Made by a program: the position numbers and the translations under genes
Shown: in pieces, positions 25,433 to 35,315 of the stretch
How positions within the stretch are numbered: the first letter of the stretch is position 1
How the letters are laid out: each line of letters begins with the position of its first letter
IMG/VR virus record: IMGVR_UViG_3300020420_000671
Reading direction: 5' to 3' (one strand)
Length of the DNA stretch: 64,000 nucleotides
Source of the DNA: a virus
Lineage: Duplodnaviria > Caudoviricetes
Notes under the pieces: model-generated
What the model was told of the DNA's origin: nothing
Database searches by the model: none
What the model saw: only the letters and a program-made list of their open reading frames with translations

Positions 25433-25533
25433 TCTGGGGTGGTGAAATTGGTAGACACGCACGATTGTTTCTCGTGTGATAGGTATTCCGCAAAATATTT
25501 ATCGTGGAGGTTCGAGTCCTCCCCCCAGAGCCA
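25433..25533 (+). tRNA. non-canonical tRNA(GUU), Asn-like, with 10-bp variable arm
   Basis: Acceptor TCTGGGG/CCCCAGA, G73, CCA; CACGA/TCGTG stem with loop TTGTTTC; 29-nt variable region; T-stem GGAGG/CCTCC. Confidence 0.8.
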
Positions 25534-25618
25534 ACTATTACACAATAGACAATAGCTATTAGACTTTGCTGTCTTTGTATGTTATTATAAATTAAATAGC
25601 ATTAGACAGGAGATACAC

Positions 25619-26674
25619 ATGCCACCTCGTAATCACAAGAATTGGTTGAAACAACCTAAAGTAGAATCAATACGTAGTACGGCCTATAACAGTCCAGAAA
25701 TATTTGAACAAGAACAAAAACAAATCTTTAGTAAGGTTTGGGTACCAATGTGTCACACCAGTGAGATGTATCACATTGATGACTATCGCACCACACAGAT
25801 AGCAGGTGTAAACGTAATAGCAATAAACAAAAGCAAAGGTATTGAAGCATATATAAACAACAATCCTTATATAACATCACCCTCAGGAACCATAACAGAC
25901 TATCAAGGTACACAGTTACATTGTGAAGTCAAGCACGGAGGTATGGTATGGGTAACACTTGATTCTAATCCAACGCAGAGTGTTGAACAATGGACAGCAG
26001 GTGCGTTTGATTGTATCGCAGATGCTATTGATACAGAAGAACTAGAAGTATTTCATTATCATAAAGCAGTGATAGATACAAACTATAAACTGTGGCACGA
26101 CACAAACAGTGAATTCTATCATGACTTCATGCACTACTTCAATCGTGTAACAGGATTCAACGATGAATACTTTGCTCGTAAGAACATTGCTTTTGATAAC
26201 GGACATGTAAACGTGAGTTCGTTCACAGTGAACTACACAGAGTTTGACAAAGCAGGTGACAGAGGAGAGTTAAGTTTTCCTAACCTACCACCCAACCAAT
26301 GGTACATGGTAGACCTGTTTCCAGGATTCAATTTTAATCTACGTGGAAGTGCCTATCGTTCGGATAGCGTAACGCCCTTAGGTTGTAACAAGGTCCTAAT
26401 TGAGTTTAGAGGATATGGATTGAGGAAAGACACGCCCGAAGAAAGGCAAACAAGAATCAAACACCACAACACAATCTGGGGACCATTCGGTCGTAACCTA
26501 CACGAAGACCTCATAGGTGTAACAGGACAAGGTGTTACCATGCGAGAAGGAACTGAGAACAGACACATACTACATGGTAGACATGAGAACAGAACCATAC
26601 ATGATGAAGTTGGTATGCGTCATTACTACAGCGAATGGGGAAAGTATTTGGATATGGATCCTTACTGTGGATAA
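25619..26674 (+). CDS. Rieske-oxygenase alpha-subunit homolog lacking the [2Fe-2S] motif
   Basis: YNSPEIFEQEQKQIFSKVW start and NYKLWHDTNSEFYHDFMH / EDL iron-site region; no CxH..CxxH. Confidence 0.75.
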   Translation: MPPRNHKNWLKQPKVESIRSTAYNSPEIFEQEQKQIFSKVWVPMCHTSEMYHIDDYRTTQIAGVNVIAINKSKGIEAYINNNPYITSPSGTITDYQGTQLHCEVKHGGMVWVTLDSNPTQSVEQWTAGAFDCIADAIDTEELEVFHYHKAVIDTNYKLWHDTNSEFYHDFMHYFNRVTGFNDEYFARKNIAFDNGHVNVSSFTVNYTEFDKAGDRGELSFPNLPPNQWYMVDLFPGFNFNLRGSAYRSDSVTPLGCNKVLIEFRGYGLRKDTPEERQTRIKHHNTIWGPFGRNLHEDLIGVTGQGVTMREGTENRHILHGRHENRTIHDEVGMRHYYSEWGKYLDMDPYCG

Positions 26675-26710
26675 CTTTTTTCTTGACAAGCAGATAAAAC
26701 TGTGTTAGTC

Positions 26711-26718
26711 TATAAATA
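26711..26718 (+). promoter_or_regulatory. T4-type late promoter TATAAATA
   Basis: Exact consensus. Confidence 0.6.
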
Positions 26719-26812
26719 AACTTGTAACAATAATGTTACACGCCAGGCAGTAGTCGAGCCTGGTCTAATTTGTGAGCGATGTGGTAAAGACATCAAGCAG
26801 AGGAGATAAAAA

Positions 26813-27772
26813 ATGGACGCACTCACCTTATGGATGGCTGTAGGATTCCTTTTCGCAGGATACGCAGTTATCGCAAACGATTCAGTACAAACTCTCGGTA
26901 CATGGATAGCATCAAACAATGAGAGATTCAATTGGAAAATTATGTGGGGAGCGGCTTCGGCCGTTTTGTTATGGACACTATGGTATGGTTGGTACACCAA
27001 TGGCGGTGACATCAGCTATGGCAGACTGAATAAGATTCCATTTGAAGAAATTAAGTGGTATCATGCTATGGCGCCTGGAATATTATTAATACTTACACGT
27101 ATAGGTGTACCTGTATCAACATCTTTCCTAGTGTTATCAGCATTTGCTTCTACGTTTGTTTTAGAGAAAATGCTTATGAAATCAATGATGGGATATGCTG
27201 TCGCGGCTGTGGCGGCTTATGCTATTTGGATAGTAGTAAGTAAGATACTAGATGAAGCAAAACCAGTTAAAGAAGAACACAAATCATATTGGCGTGTAGG
27301 TCAGTGGGTAACAACAGGCTTTCTGTGGTTCACCTGGCTATCACATGACATGGCAAACATAGCAGTATTTCTACCAAGAGAAATACCTTGGGATCTAATG
27401 ATTATGATCAGTGTCGTGTTTATAGCAGGACTTGCCTATATGTTTAGAGAGGGTGGAGGTAAGATTCAAAAGATTGTTTTGGAGAAACATAATACTCGTT
27501 ATGTAAGATCTGCTACAATTATTGATTGTGTATACTTCCTAATACTTTGGTTCTTCAAAGAACTAAATGACATTCCAATGTCAACAACATGGGTGTTCGT
27601 TGGATTACTATGCGGACGTGAACTTGCTATGGCAACCATTACAGGAAAAGAGAAATTTAGATCTGTGTTTCCTTTGGTTACCAAAGACTTCTTTAAGATG
27701 ATGATCGGACTTGGAGCATCAGTAGGAGTTGTATTAGCAATTCATTATGTAATAGTTCCAAACGGACTATAG
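26813..27772 (+). CDS. PiT/PHO4-like multi-pass transporter (putative phosphate permease)
   Basis: About 9-10 TMs; repeated signatures ANDSVQTLGT and SHDMAN; PMSTT. Confidence 0.65.
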   Translation: MDALTLWMAVGFLFAGYAVIANDSVQTLGTWIASNNERFNWKIMWGAASAVLLWTLWYGWYTNGGDISYGRLNKIPFEEIKWYHAMAPGILLILTRIGVPVSTSFLVLSAFASTFVLEKMLMKSMMGYAVAAVAAYAIWIVVSKILDEAKPVKEEHKSYWRVGQWVTTGFLWFTWLSHDMANIAVFLPREIPWDLMIMISVVFIAGLAYMFREGGGKIQKIVLEKHNTRYVRSATIIDCVYFLILWFFKELNDIPMSTTWVFVGLLCGRELAMATITGKEKFRSVFPLVTKDFFKMMIGLGASVGVVLAIHYVIVPNGL

Positions 27773-27871
27773 AAGGTGGGGGTGATGTGTTGACTAGCAT
27801 CACCTTTTCACTTGACAACGATATGAATTTGTTATATACTGTTACAAAATTCACCAGGAGGAAGGCTTACT

Positions 27872-28831
27872 TTGAGAATGAAAATAATCACAGGAAATGC
27901 TAATCCAAAATTAGCAACAGAGATTGCGGAACATTGTTTCGCAACACTTGTCCCTGCCAACATCAGCACCTTTGCTGACGGCGAGTCAAGTGTAGAGTTT
28001 TTGGAAAACATCAGAGGAGAAGATGTTTTTATTGTTCAAAGCACATGCACACCTGTTAATGATAGCTTGATGGAACTAATGATAATGATAGATGCGGCCA
28101 AACGTAGCTCGGCATCTAGGATTACTGCGGTGCTACCTTACTATGGCTATGCTAGACAGGATCGTAAGAGTGCTTCACGTACACCTATCACGGCAAAGTT
28201 AGTTGCCAACCTTATTACAAAATCAGGAGCAGATAGGATCTTAACTATGGATCTTCATGCTGGTCAGATACAAGGGTTCTTTGATATCCCGGTAGACGAT
28301 CTGACAAGCAGGGTGGTCTTTGCCAAGGACATTAAAAAGACAATTGGCATAATAGATGAACCTGATGTAGAACAGGTTGGTACTGTGTTTGTTTCACCAG
28401 ACGCAGGAGGAGTTGTTCGTGCTAGAAAGTTTGCGGACATGTTCAACGGAGACATCTGTGTTGTAGATAAACGTAGACCAGAAGCAGGCAAATCAGAAGT
28501 AATGAATCTAATAGGAGATGTAAAAGGCAAACATGCTATCCTAGTAGATGACATCGTTGACAGTGGTGGCACACTTTGTAATGCCGCACAGGCAATCAAG
28601 GACGCAGGTGCTTTAAGTGTTAGAGCTTACATCACACACGGAGTACTATCTGACGATGCTTGTCAAAAGGTTGAAAAGAGTGTGCTAGAAGAACTTGTTG
28701 TTACTGATAGCATTCCTGATCGGTGTCCTAAGAACTGTAAGAAAACTAGACAGGTTTCTGTTTCACAACTGTTTGGTGAAGCAATACGTAGAGTGACAAA
28801 CGAAGAGTCAGTGAGTAGTTTATTTGTGTAG
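27872..28831 (+). CDS. prs: ribose-phosphate pyrophosphokinase
   Basis: FADGES, PYYGYARQDRK, DLHAGQIQGFF and VDDIVDSGGT motifs. Confidence 0.95.
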   Translation: MRMKIITGNANPKLATEIAEHCFATLVPANISTFADGESSVEFLENIRGEDVFIVQSTCTPVNDSLMELMIMIDAAKRSSASRITAVLPYYGYARQDRKSASRTPITAKLVANLITKSGADRILTMDLHAGQIQGFFDIPVDDLTSRVVFAKDIKKTIGIIDEPDVEQVGTVFVSPDAGGVVRARKFADMFNGDICVVDKRRPEAGKSEVMNLIGDVKGKHAILVDDIVDSGGTLCNAAQAIKDAGALSVRAYITHGVLSDDACQKVEKSVLEELVVTDSIPDRCPKNCKKTRQVSVSQLFGEAIRRVTNEESVSSLFV

Positions 28832-28859
28832 GTAAATATTATTATTATGGAGAAAGTAA

Positions 28860-28967
28860 ATGAAAGTTGATAGTTTTTTAGTAGGAGCAATTATCTATCC
28901 TGCGATATTTTTTATTTTAGTAATAACAGTATTTGTTATTCTACCACTTATGGAGAAGTCTTTGTGA
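28860..28967 (+). CDS. 35-aa membrane peptide
   Basis: Manually found; GGAG RBS; single TM. Confidence 0.45.
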   Translation: MKVDSFLVGAIIYPAIFFILVITVFVILPLMEKSL

Positions 28968-29128
28968 CGGAAGTAGGCTGGTGGTATACCGGTTTATTCT
29001 TTGTTATAATCATAACTTTCTATGCAGTTGGTTTCTATTGCGGAAAAGGTTGGGAACGTACAACTTGGGAAGATAAAATAGAAGCAGAAAAGAAAAAAGA
29101 AAAAAATACTAAAAGAGCAAGAGCATAA
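28964..29128 (+). CDS. 54-aa membrane peptide with basic tail
   Basis: Manually found; GTGA and TAATG overlaps. Confidence 0.5.
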   Translation: MTEVGWWYTGLFFVIIITFYAVGFYCGKGWERTTWEDKIEAEKKKEKNTKRARA

Positions 29129-29451
29129 TGGAATTTTTACTTAAAACATTAATAGGTGGATTGATAATAGCAACTGTTAGCACGGTAAGTCAGAAATATC
29201 CTACCATTGGTGCTTTTATATTAGGGATACCGTTAGCTAGTTTTGTATCATTTATATTTCTGTATTATGCTGGAGTTGATGTACAAACATTTAAAACTTT
29301 GAGTATTCAAACTATCTATTTTGTTTTGGTCAGCTTGTTATTTTTTCCTATATTTGTTTATCTTTTACCCTCTTACGGTTTTTGGATAGCAATGGCAATA
29401 GGAACTGCGATAACAGGATCACTCATGCTGGGTTTGTACAGATTCTTGTAG
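29128..29451 (+). CDS. DUF3147-like four-TM membrane protein
   Basis: K..IGGLIIATVS...GAFILGIPL. Confidence 0.65.
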   Translation: MEFLLKTLIGGLIIATVSTVSQKYPTIGAFILGIPLASFVSFIFLYYAGVDVQTFKTLSIQTIYFVLVSLLFFPIFVYLLPSYGFWIAMAIGTAITGSLMLGLYRFL

Positions 29452-29607
29452 ACATACAAAAGTTTTATTTAAAGAGTGAGGAAAGTATAATTTCCTTGCT
29501 TTACCAGAGGTTTCACATTGAGGCAGATATTCATAAGACGCAACATGCTCTGTTTTAATAGATCCATCAGCCAAGGCTGTCACAAGTATTAGTAACCATT
29601 CTTTCAT
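29419..29607 (-). CDS. hypothetical protein
   Basis: 62-aa ORF with GGAG RBS and two Cys. Confidence 0.55.
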   Translation of the reverse strand: MKEWLLILVTALADGSIKTEHVASYEYLPQCETSGKARKLYFPHSLNKTFVCLQESVQTQHE

Positions 29608-29616
29608 TAGGAGATT

Positions 29617-30102
29617 TTATATATTGTTTTCTGTAGGTACAATTGAACTATTACCAAATAGATCAACTGCTTTCCAAGATGAATATATTTTCCAACCTGA
29701 TATTTTAGGGTCAGCATCTTTCATAGCCAACTTAAAAACTTTATCAGACGCAATTTTGGCTTCTTTGATTAACTGTTTATCTTCTTTGTCTTTCATTTTC
29801 CAACGATATTGTCTAATGCTTTTATACAATAAATCGTGGATAATTGCCGCTCTTGCTACATCAAATGGTGCTATTGCCCACCACAAAGCTCTTGGCACAG
29901 ATGCTAGATCTGTAACAAATCCTGTAGGTACTTTGATAGTTTCTGTTTTATTAGTGTCTCTTTTGACTTTTACACCAACACCTTTCAATGCTTTAATGTC
30001 TTCTACTGATAGATCTTTTGTTGTGTATGATAAATCTCTGCCCAAAATCCACTTACGTGGTGGATTAAATTCTGCCATAATCTTGGCGTTAAACTGTCCC
30101 AT
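29617..30102 (-). CDS. DUF1353 family protein
   Basis: VPTGFVTDLASVPR...AAIIHDLLY motif. Confidence 0.85.
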   Translation of the reverse strand: MGQFNAKIMAEFNPPRKWILGRDLSYTTKDLSVEDIKALKGVGVKVKRDTNKTETIKVPTGFVTDLASVPRALWWAIAPFDVARAAIIHDLLYKSIRQYRWKMKDKEDKQLIKEAKIASDKVFKLAMKDADPKISGWKIYSSWKAVDLFGNSSIVPTENNI

Positions 30103-30176
30103 GTTAAACTTTCCCCTTTGTCATTGTTTAAATATTTATCTTAAGCCAAGCTAAATACGTAGTAAGGAATATTATC

Positions 30177-30437
30177 ATGAAAAAAGTTACTAGAAGCATA
30201 CTTGATGAACTTAATAACCTTAATCTACACAAGGATAAACAGTCCCTAATAGAGAGTACAGGTAATAATCTCATCCAAAGCACAATAAATTTGTTTAGAC
30301 AGATCAACGAACAATATGATGCTGATACTGCTCTAGAACTAGAAAGACGCTTTTTGAATAGCATTAGATCAGGTGATCCAAAAAAGTTTAAAAGAGGCAT
30401 CGCAAAATTAAAAGAGAGCAAAAAGAATGATACTTAA
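30177..30437 (+). CDS. conserved phage hypothetical protein
   Basis: TRSILDELN...ELERRFLNSIRSGDPKKF. Confidence 0.75.
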   Translation: MKKVTRSILDELNNLNLHKDKQSLIESTGNNLIQSTINLFRQINEQYDADTALELERRFLNSIRSGDPKKFKRGIAKLKESKKNDT

Positions 30438-32793
30438 AGAAGGCGGTAATATATTCAAGGATGCCGATGGCAAACCTACAACGACTAGAATAAGCCGTGA
30501 CGCAGTTGATCCCACACTAGACTGGGTAGAAAAGATTACTGGACTATCATTGAAAGATGCCAAGTTAGGTAGCACAGGAATCAAAGCATCTAGTGGAGAC
30601 ATAGATGTGGCTGTAGACGCTTCGAAAATAGATAAGGAAGCAACATATCAAAAGTTGGTAGCATGGGCACAGAAGAATCATCCTAATGATAGTGCCAGAC
30701 AATGGACAGCCAAATCAGGAACTAACGTTCATTTTAAAACACCAATTAACGGAAATCCTGCTAATGGATTTGTACAAACAGATTTGATGTTTGGCAATCC
30801 ACAATGGATGAAGTTTGCTCTTAAAGGCAGTGGCGATGGAACCATTTACAAAGGAGCACACAGAATGATCATGTTGGCCAGCATAGCAAAAGCACAAGGC
30901 ATGCAATGGTCACCAACAAAAGGATTAGTCAACAGAGAAACAAAAGAAGTCATTACAGCGGATCCAGAAGAAATAGCCAGAAGACTAATTGGACCTTCAG
31001 CTAATAAACAGGATTTAGATAGTGTTGAAACAATTAACAAAGCAATAAAAATAAGAAAAGATTATAACGAATTAGTAGCAGACTTCAAAAAGAATATTGA
31101 AGCACAAGGATTGCCAATGCCAGAAAGTAGAAATATTAGAGCAGGATTATTACTTGTTGAAAAAGAAGTAGAGCCTAATTTTATACAAAGAGGAATAAAA
31201 GGATTAACAAATATAGCAAAAACTAGTAAGGCTGGTTTTGATGCTGGTAGAGCCGCAGGTGGTGGGTTTGGAGCAATGGCCCAAGCATACAAGAAAGCAG
31301 GCGGTAGTCAAACAGCGATTGGAGCAATAGCTGATAAAGGTAAAGCCTTAGGTGATAAGCTCACAGGTAATCAAATAATGATGGTTCTCAACCCGGACAT
31401 GGAAAAGCCTTTTAAAAAATTTAAGAAGGTTCCTAAAAGTCAAGTCAAAAGGTTTCAGCAGGCAAAATGGCAAGTGTATGATCCTAAGAAACATAGCACA
31501 GCCGCAGATAGAGTTGGTACAAAACAACAAAGAGTCGATGTGTATAGAAGATTTCCTACAAAGGACGGATCAGTTGCTTACGATAAAAGAACTGTTACAA
31601 AAGGAGATTTACCTAGATGGATTAAACAGGGTTGGTCAAGTAAAAAGCCAGCAGATGCTATTGAAAGCACATTAGAAAATATTAATGAAAATGCTAGGAT
31701 ACAGCATATAGAAGATTTAGTATTTTATGAAGGTTCCAGAGGTGCTATGAGAGCATTATCAAGTTTAAGAAATATGGCAAGTGGAGGACATAAAGATGTT
31801 ACTATCAAATGGGATGGATCTCCCGCAGTCATTTTTGGCCGCGATGAAAATGGAGAGTTCATACTTACAGACAAATCAGGCTTTGGAGCTGTCAAAACAG
31901 ATGGTAGAGCCAAAAGCCCAGAACAACTTAAAGACATTTTACTTAACAGAGGCGGAGGAAAAAACAAGGACGATCCAGGACGCATAGCATTCGCTGATAA
32001 CATGGCAGGTATATTTGATATTTTTAAACGTGCTGTTCCAAAAGATTTTAAAGGATTTTTCAAAGGAGATTTATTATATTATAAGACTCCTAAAGTAATT
32101 GATAATAATTTTGTGTTTAAGCCTAATCCAGGGGGTGTTGAATATGCTGTAGATGTGTCAAGTGATTTAGGAAAACGTATTGCTAATTCACAAACAGCAG
32201 TGGTCATTCATAGAATGGTAGACATAGATGGAACTGAATCAGCATTAAAAGACTTAGGTATGTTCCAAGGAAATGATTTATTAGTAGTACCTCCAATGAG
32301 TGTAGAAACTCCACCAGAAGTTCCTAATGCTGAAATAGATAGATTAGCACAAATAATAAAAAGTGATAGTTCTGATCTTGATAGTTTGTTAGATAAAAAT
32401 AAATTAAGAACAATGAAGCTAACTAATTTTTCAGATATTTTATATAACTATGTAAACCAAAGTGTAGATAGAGGTACTTTAGATAGTATCGGAAGAGATT
32501 TTATGAAATGGTTGATGAGCCACGAAAAGATAAGTGATGTAAAGAAAAACAAAATAGCAGATTATATTAAACAGAACATGAAAGCATTTAAAAGTTTATG
32601 GGAAGTAGTTGGTGGTATTATGAAAGTAAAGAATAATATAATAGCACAACTAGATTCACAGTCAGGATCCGTAAAGGCAACCACAGCTGGTAAGCCTGGT
32701 GGAGAAGGTTATGTCCTAGCACACCCTGGTGGGGATATGAAACTAGTAAATAGAGCAGGGTTTACAGCGGCCAACAGAGCCGTACAACGATAG
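30427..32793 (+). CDS. two-domain protein: Pol-beta-like nucleotidyltransferase plus ATP-dependent RNA-ligase-like domain
   Basis: LGSTG...SGDIDVAV and VQTDLM; C-terminal TIKWDGSP, KGDLLY, GEGYVL and MKLVNR ligase-type motifs. Confidence 0.65.
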   Translation: MILKEGGNIFKDADGKPTTTRISRDAVDPTLDWVEKITGLSLKDAKLGSTGIKASSGDIDVAVDASKIDKEATYQKLVAWAQKNHPNDSARQWTAKSGTNVHFKTPINGNPANGFVQTDLMFGNPQWMKFALKGSGDGTIYKGAHRMIMLASIAKAQGMQWSPTKGLVNRETKEVITADPEEIARRLIGPSANKQDLDSVETINKAIKIRKDYNELVADFKKNIEAQGLPMPESRNIRAGLLLVEKEVEPNFIQRGIKGLTNIAKTSKAGFDAGRAAGGGFGAMAQAYKKAGGSQTAIGAIADKGKALGDKLTGNQIMMVLNPDMEKPFKKFKKVPKSQVKRFQQAKWQVYDPKKHSTAADRVGTKQQRVDVYRRFPTKDGSVAYDKRTVTKGDLPRWIKQGWSSKKPADAIESTLENINENARIQHIEDLVFYEGSRGAMRALSSLRNMASGGHKDVTIKWDGSPAVIFGRDENGEFILTDKSGFGAVKTDGRAKSPEQLKDILLNRGGGKNKDDPGRIAFADNMAGIFDIFKRAVPKDFKGFFKGDLLYYKTPKVIDNNFVFKPNPGGVEYAVDVSSDLGKRIANSQTAVVIHRMVDIDGTESALKDLGMFQGNDLLVVPPMSVETPPEVPNAEIDRLAQIIKSDSSDLDSLLDKNKLRTMKLTNFSDILYNYVNQSVDRGTLDSIGRDFMKWLMSHEKISDVKKNKIADYIKQNMKAFKSLWEVVGGIMKVKNNIIAQLDSQSGSVKATTAGKPGGEGYVLAHPGGDMKLVNRAGFTAANRAVQR

Positions 32794-32802
32794 GAGAACG
32801 TT

Positions 32803-33222
32803 ATGAAAATGACAGAAATGATGGACAGCGATCAGTTTGGTACAATAAAAGCTGATATGCCGTTAGAGGCTATGCCTGCTAAAGGTGGCAGTCCATACGA
32901 TATGACAGATAGTCAAAAAAAATACGCAAAGATGGGTCAACAAATTAAAGCATCATTGAGTCCAAGAAGCAGTGATATAAAATGGCCTGATGATCAACAA
33001 TGGTTAGATGCTTTGAAGTTTTCAGAAGCATTGATAGACGCAGGACCAGAAGATAAAATCGCAGATATTATGCGAAAAGTTCCACAGTTAAGTCCTGAGG
33101 GAGCAAACGAAATCATTGAAAAAGTAAAAGCAGGTAATGTTGATATAACTAAATCAGTTCCAGATCCAGATGGAGATTCAGATGGAATTGACAAATTGGC
33201 ACAAGCGATTAAAAAAGCCTAA
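32803..33222 (+). CDS. hypothetical protein
   Basis: 139-aa ORF, AGGAG RBS. Confidence 0.7.
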   Translation: MKMTEMMDSDQFGTIKADMPLEAMPAKGGSPYDMTDSQKKYAKMGQQIKASLSPRSSDIKWPDDQQWLDALKFSEALIDAGPEDKIADIMRKVPQLSPEGANEIIEKVKAGNVDITKSVPDPDGDSDGIDKLAQAIKKA

Positions 33223-34094
33223 TGGATTTTATCAAAGAGATACACGAAGCACGTCTGACAAGAGGTAACGGAGTAAGATCCCTAACCTATACAGACTGTT
33301 GTGAGAGAGCTTATCTTACAATGTTAGTGCTGGAAGTTCTTAGAAAGTTTCCAGGTACTACTCCTATCGTACAGCAATACGCAAGGAATACTTCAGGATA
33401 TGATAGTTACAAACATTTTAGATTAAGTGGCTCAGACTTATATAACTTCGTGTATTTCATTGTAGGTGATGAAGACGCACATAAAAAACTAAAGGATCCT
33501 GGTGCGGCAAGAAAAATGAGAGAACGTACACAATTTCCTTTGATGAACTTTAATCGTTATATTGAAAGATTAAGATATAACAGATCTCCTCAAGCCGATG
33601 ATCAAAATCTTTTTATAAGACTAGAAGGTGTTCTGAGAATTACCAACTCTGATTACAAAACTGTAAGAAGAAATATTTTTTCTTTTCAAAGAATCTCTAC
33701 TAGAGAAAAACAAAGTACCATTACTAGATTACTATTAGCCGCAAGAGCTAAACTTAGAACCAGTGACGTGATAGGTTATATAGAAGAATTAAGTGCACTT
33801 AAAGACTTAGAAATATTTAAGGTAACAGATCCTGAACCTAAAGTTAGTGTGCCTGATATTGATGTTACAGGTAAAGACTTAGGTGGATATCGCTACCTTG
33901 TAGGTGCTAAGAACCTTTTGTTAACAAAAAAGTTTTTAGAATTAGCAAAAGATAATAAAAGTATACCCGCTAATGTGGTACAAGCATACATTCCTGCTAT
34001 AGCAACTATAGATAATATAGTTAAAGCAGGCCCTGGTTTCGTACAAATGCTTAGAACACTAGAAAATCGAGCCAAAAAACACCCTAAAAGCTAG
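33222..34094 (+). CDS. conserved phage hypothetical protein
   Basis: 290-aa ORF, MDFIKEIHEAR start. Confidence 0.75.
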   Translation: MDFIKEIHEARLTRGNGVRSLTYTDCCERAYLTMLVLEVLRKFPGTTPIVQQYARNTSGYDSYKHFRLSGSDLYNFVYFIVGDEDAHKKLKDPGAARKMRERTQFPLMNFNRYIERLRYNRSPQADDQNLFIRLEGVLRITNSDYKTVRRNIFSFQRISTREKQSTITRLLLAARAKLRTSDVIGYIEELSALKDLEIFKVTDPEPKVSVPDIDVTGKDLGGYRYLVGAKNLLLTKKFLELAKDNKSIPANVVQAYIPAIATIDNIVKAGPGFVQMLRTLENRAKKHPKS

Positions 34095-34175
34095 TTATTT
34101 TCCTGTTTTGGTAAATACATATAACAACTTCTTAGAGTAAAGAAGTATGTCATTAAGAGAAAATAGGAGAAAACA

Positions 34176-34520
34176 ATGGCAGGAATAACAAAAGTAAACC
34201 CAACAGCAACTACATTGGGTTATGAAGTAATTGGTAAAGACGCTCAGTTCTTTACAGTTGATTACATTAACGCAATCAATGGTTCAGCAGGACCAAACGG
34301 CGCACAAAAAGCAGTATTAGACACAATCTCTACTACAGCTACAATTTTGTCAGCAGGTCCATTAGGTAACTCAAACACAGAGCAGACTTTCATGACTGAA
34401 GGTACAGACTCAGTGGTTGCGGCTACTTTACAAGCGGCTATCAGAGCATTAGGTACAGTTGACTCAGTTGACTTATCAGGCGCTACTGTAACAGCAAAAA
34501 CTTTATACATTGCTGTATAA
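34176..34520 (+). CDS. putative virion structural (head decoration-like) protein
   Basis: A/T/G-rich, follows a late-type promoter and AGGAG RBS, strong terminator downstream. Confidence 0.6.
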   Translation: MAGITKVNPTATTLGYEVIGKDAQFFTVDYINAINGSAGPNGAQKAVLDTISTTATILSAGPLGNSNTEQTFMTEGTDSVVAATLQAAIRALGTVDSVDLSGATVTAKTLYIAV

Positions 34521-34553
34521 TAACAGTAATTAAGTTTTTTACTAAAACAATTA

Positions 34554-34588
34554 AAAGGGCTCATTCACATTGTTTGAGCCCTTTTTTT
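34554..34588 (+). terminator. intrinsic terminator
   Basis: AAAGGGCTCA/TGAGCCCTTT hairpin with T tract. Confidence 0.8.
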
Positions 34589-34606
34589 ATGACCGGTAAA
34601 TAGAGT

Positions 34607-35014
34607 ATGCTCAAAGTATACACATTAATAGACATCACCGAAACAAAGAGCTATAGAAGTGCTGATCAAAAATTAAATCACCAGCAGGCAAACTTTATGA
34701 CTTTTCTACAGACTTTGATGTTGACAATGAACTTTTTTTATGATAAAGCACCTACTTTAATTGAGTGCGATGAAAAAAAATTAAAGGAGCTAGGCTTTGG
34801 TTCAGATTACAAAGGAAGCCATAACGTGTGGTGCCTAGAAGCAAGGGTTGACGAAGGCAGACAGATACCTGATGTCGAAACTTTACAAAATGATTTTGAT
34901 TTAGTACCGGTGATACCAAACCTTAATGAGACTATATTGATAAATAATAATGTATTTAGAGCAAAAGATAAAAAGGCAACGAACATAACATTTAACAAGG
35001 CAAACATTACATAA
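34607..35014 (+). CDS. hypothetical protein
   Basis: 135-aa ORF, YTLIDITET start. Confidence 0.7.
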   Translation: MLKVYTLIDITETKSYRSADQKLNHQQANFMTFLQTLMLTMNFFYDKAPTLIECDEKKLKELGFGSDYKGSHNVWCLEARVDEGRQIPDVETLQNDFDLVPVIPNLNETILINNNVFRAKDKKATNITFNKANIT

Positions 35015-35069
35015 TCAGGCAGAGATTAAAGGCCCCTTCCGAGAGACAAGAGGAATGGAGATTTAGATT

Positions 35070-35306
35070 ATGGCAAGAGCCACAAAATTAGAGCGTGAGA
35101 GCTTAGAAGCACATGTTGATTTGTGTGAACAGCGTTACATTAATTTAGAAACACGCTTAGAAAAGATTGAAGTAAAAGTTGAACACATTCATGCTGATAT
35201 TACCAGCGGTAATAAAGCAATGATGAAGGTAGTTCTTGGTGCTACCGGTACCATCGTAGCTGGTTTGTTGTCAACTATAGTAGTCCTCTTAATATCATTT
35301 AACTAA
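35070..35306 (+). CDS. coiled-coil protein with C-terminal TM
   Basis: ESLEAHVDLCEQRY coiled coil then a TM. Confidence 0.65.
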   Translation: MARATKLERESLEAHVDLCEQRYINLETRLEKIEVKVEHIHADITSGNKAMMKVVLGATGTIVAGLLSTIVVLLISFN

Positions 35307-35315
35307 AACAATCTA

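Noticed and set aside
19682-29451. Metabolic gene cluster as host chromosomal DNA or a prophage flank
   Set aside because: The genes are interleaved with T4-type late promoters and phage-type small ORFs, with no shift in composition or bacterial operon context.
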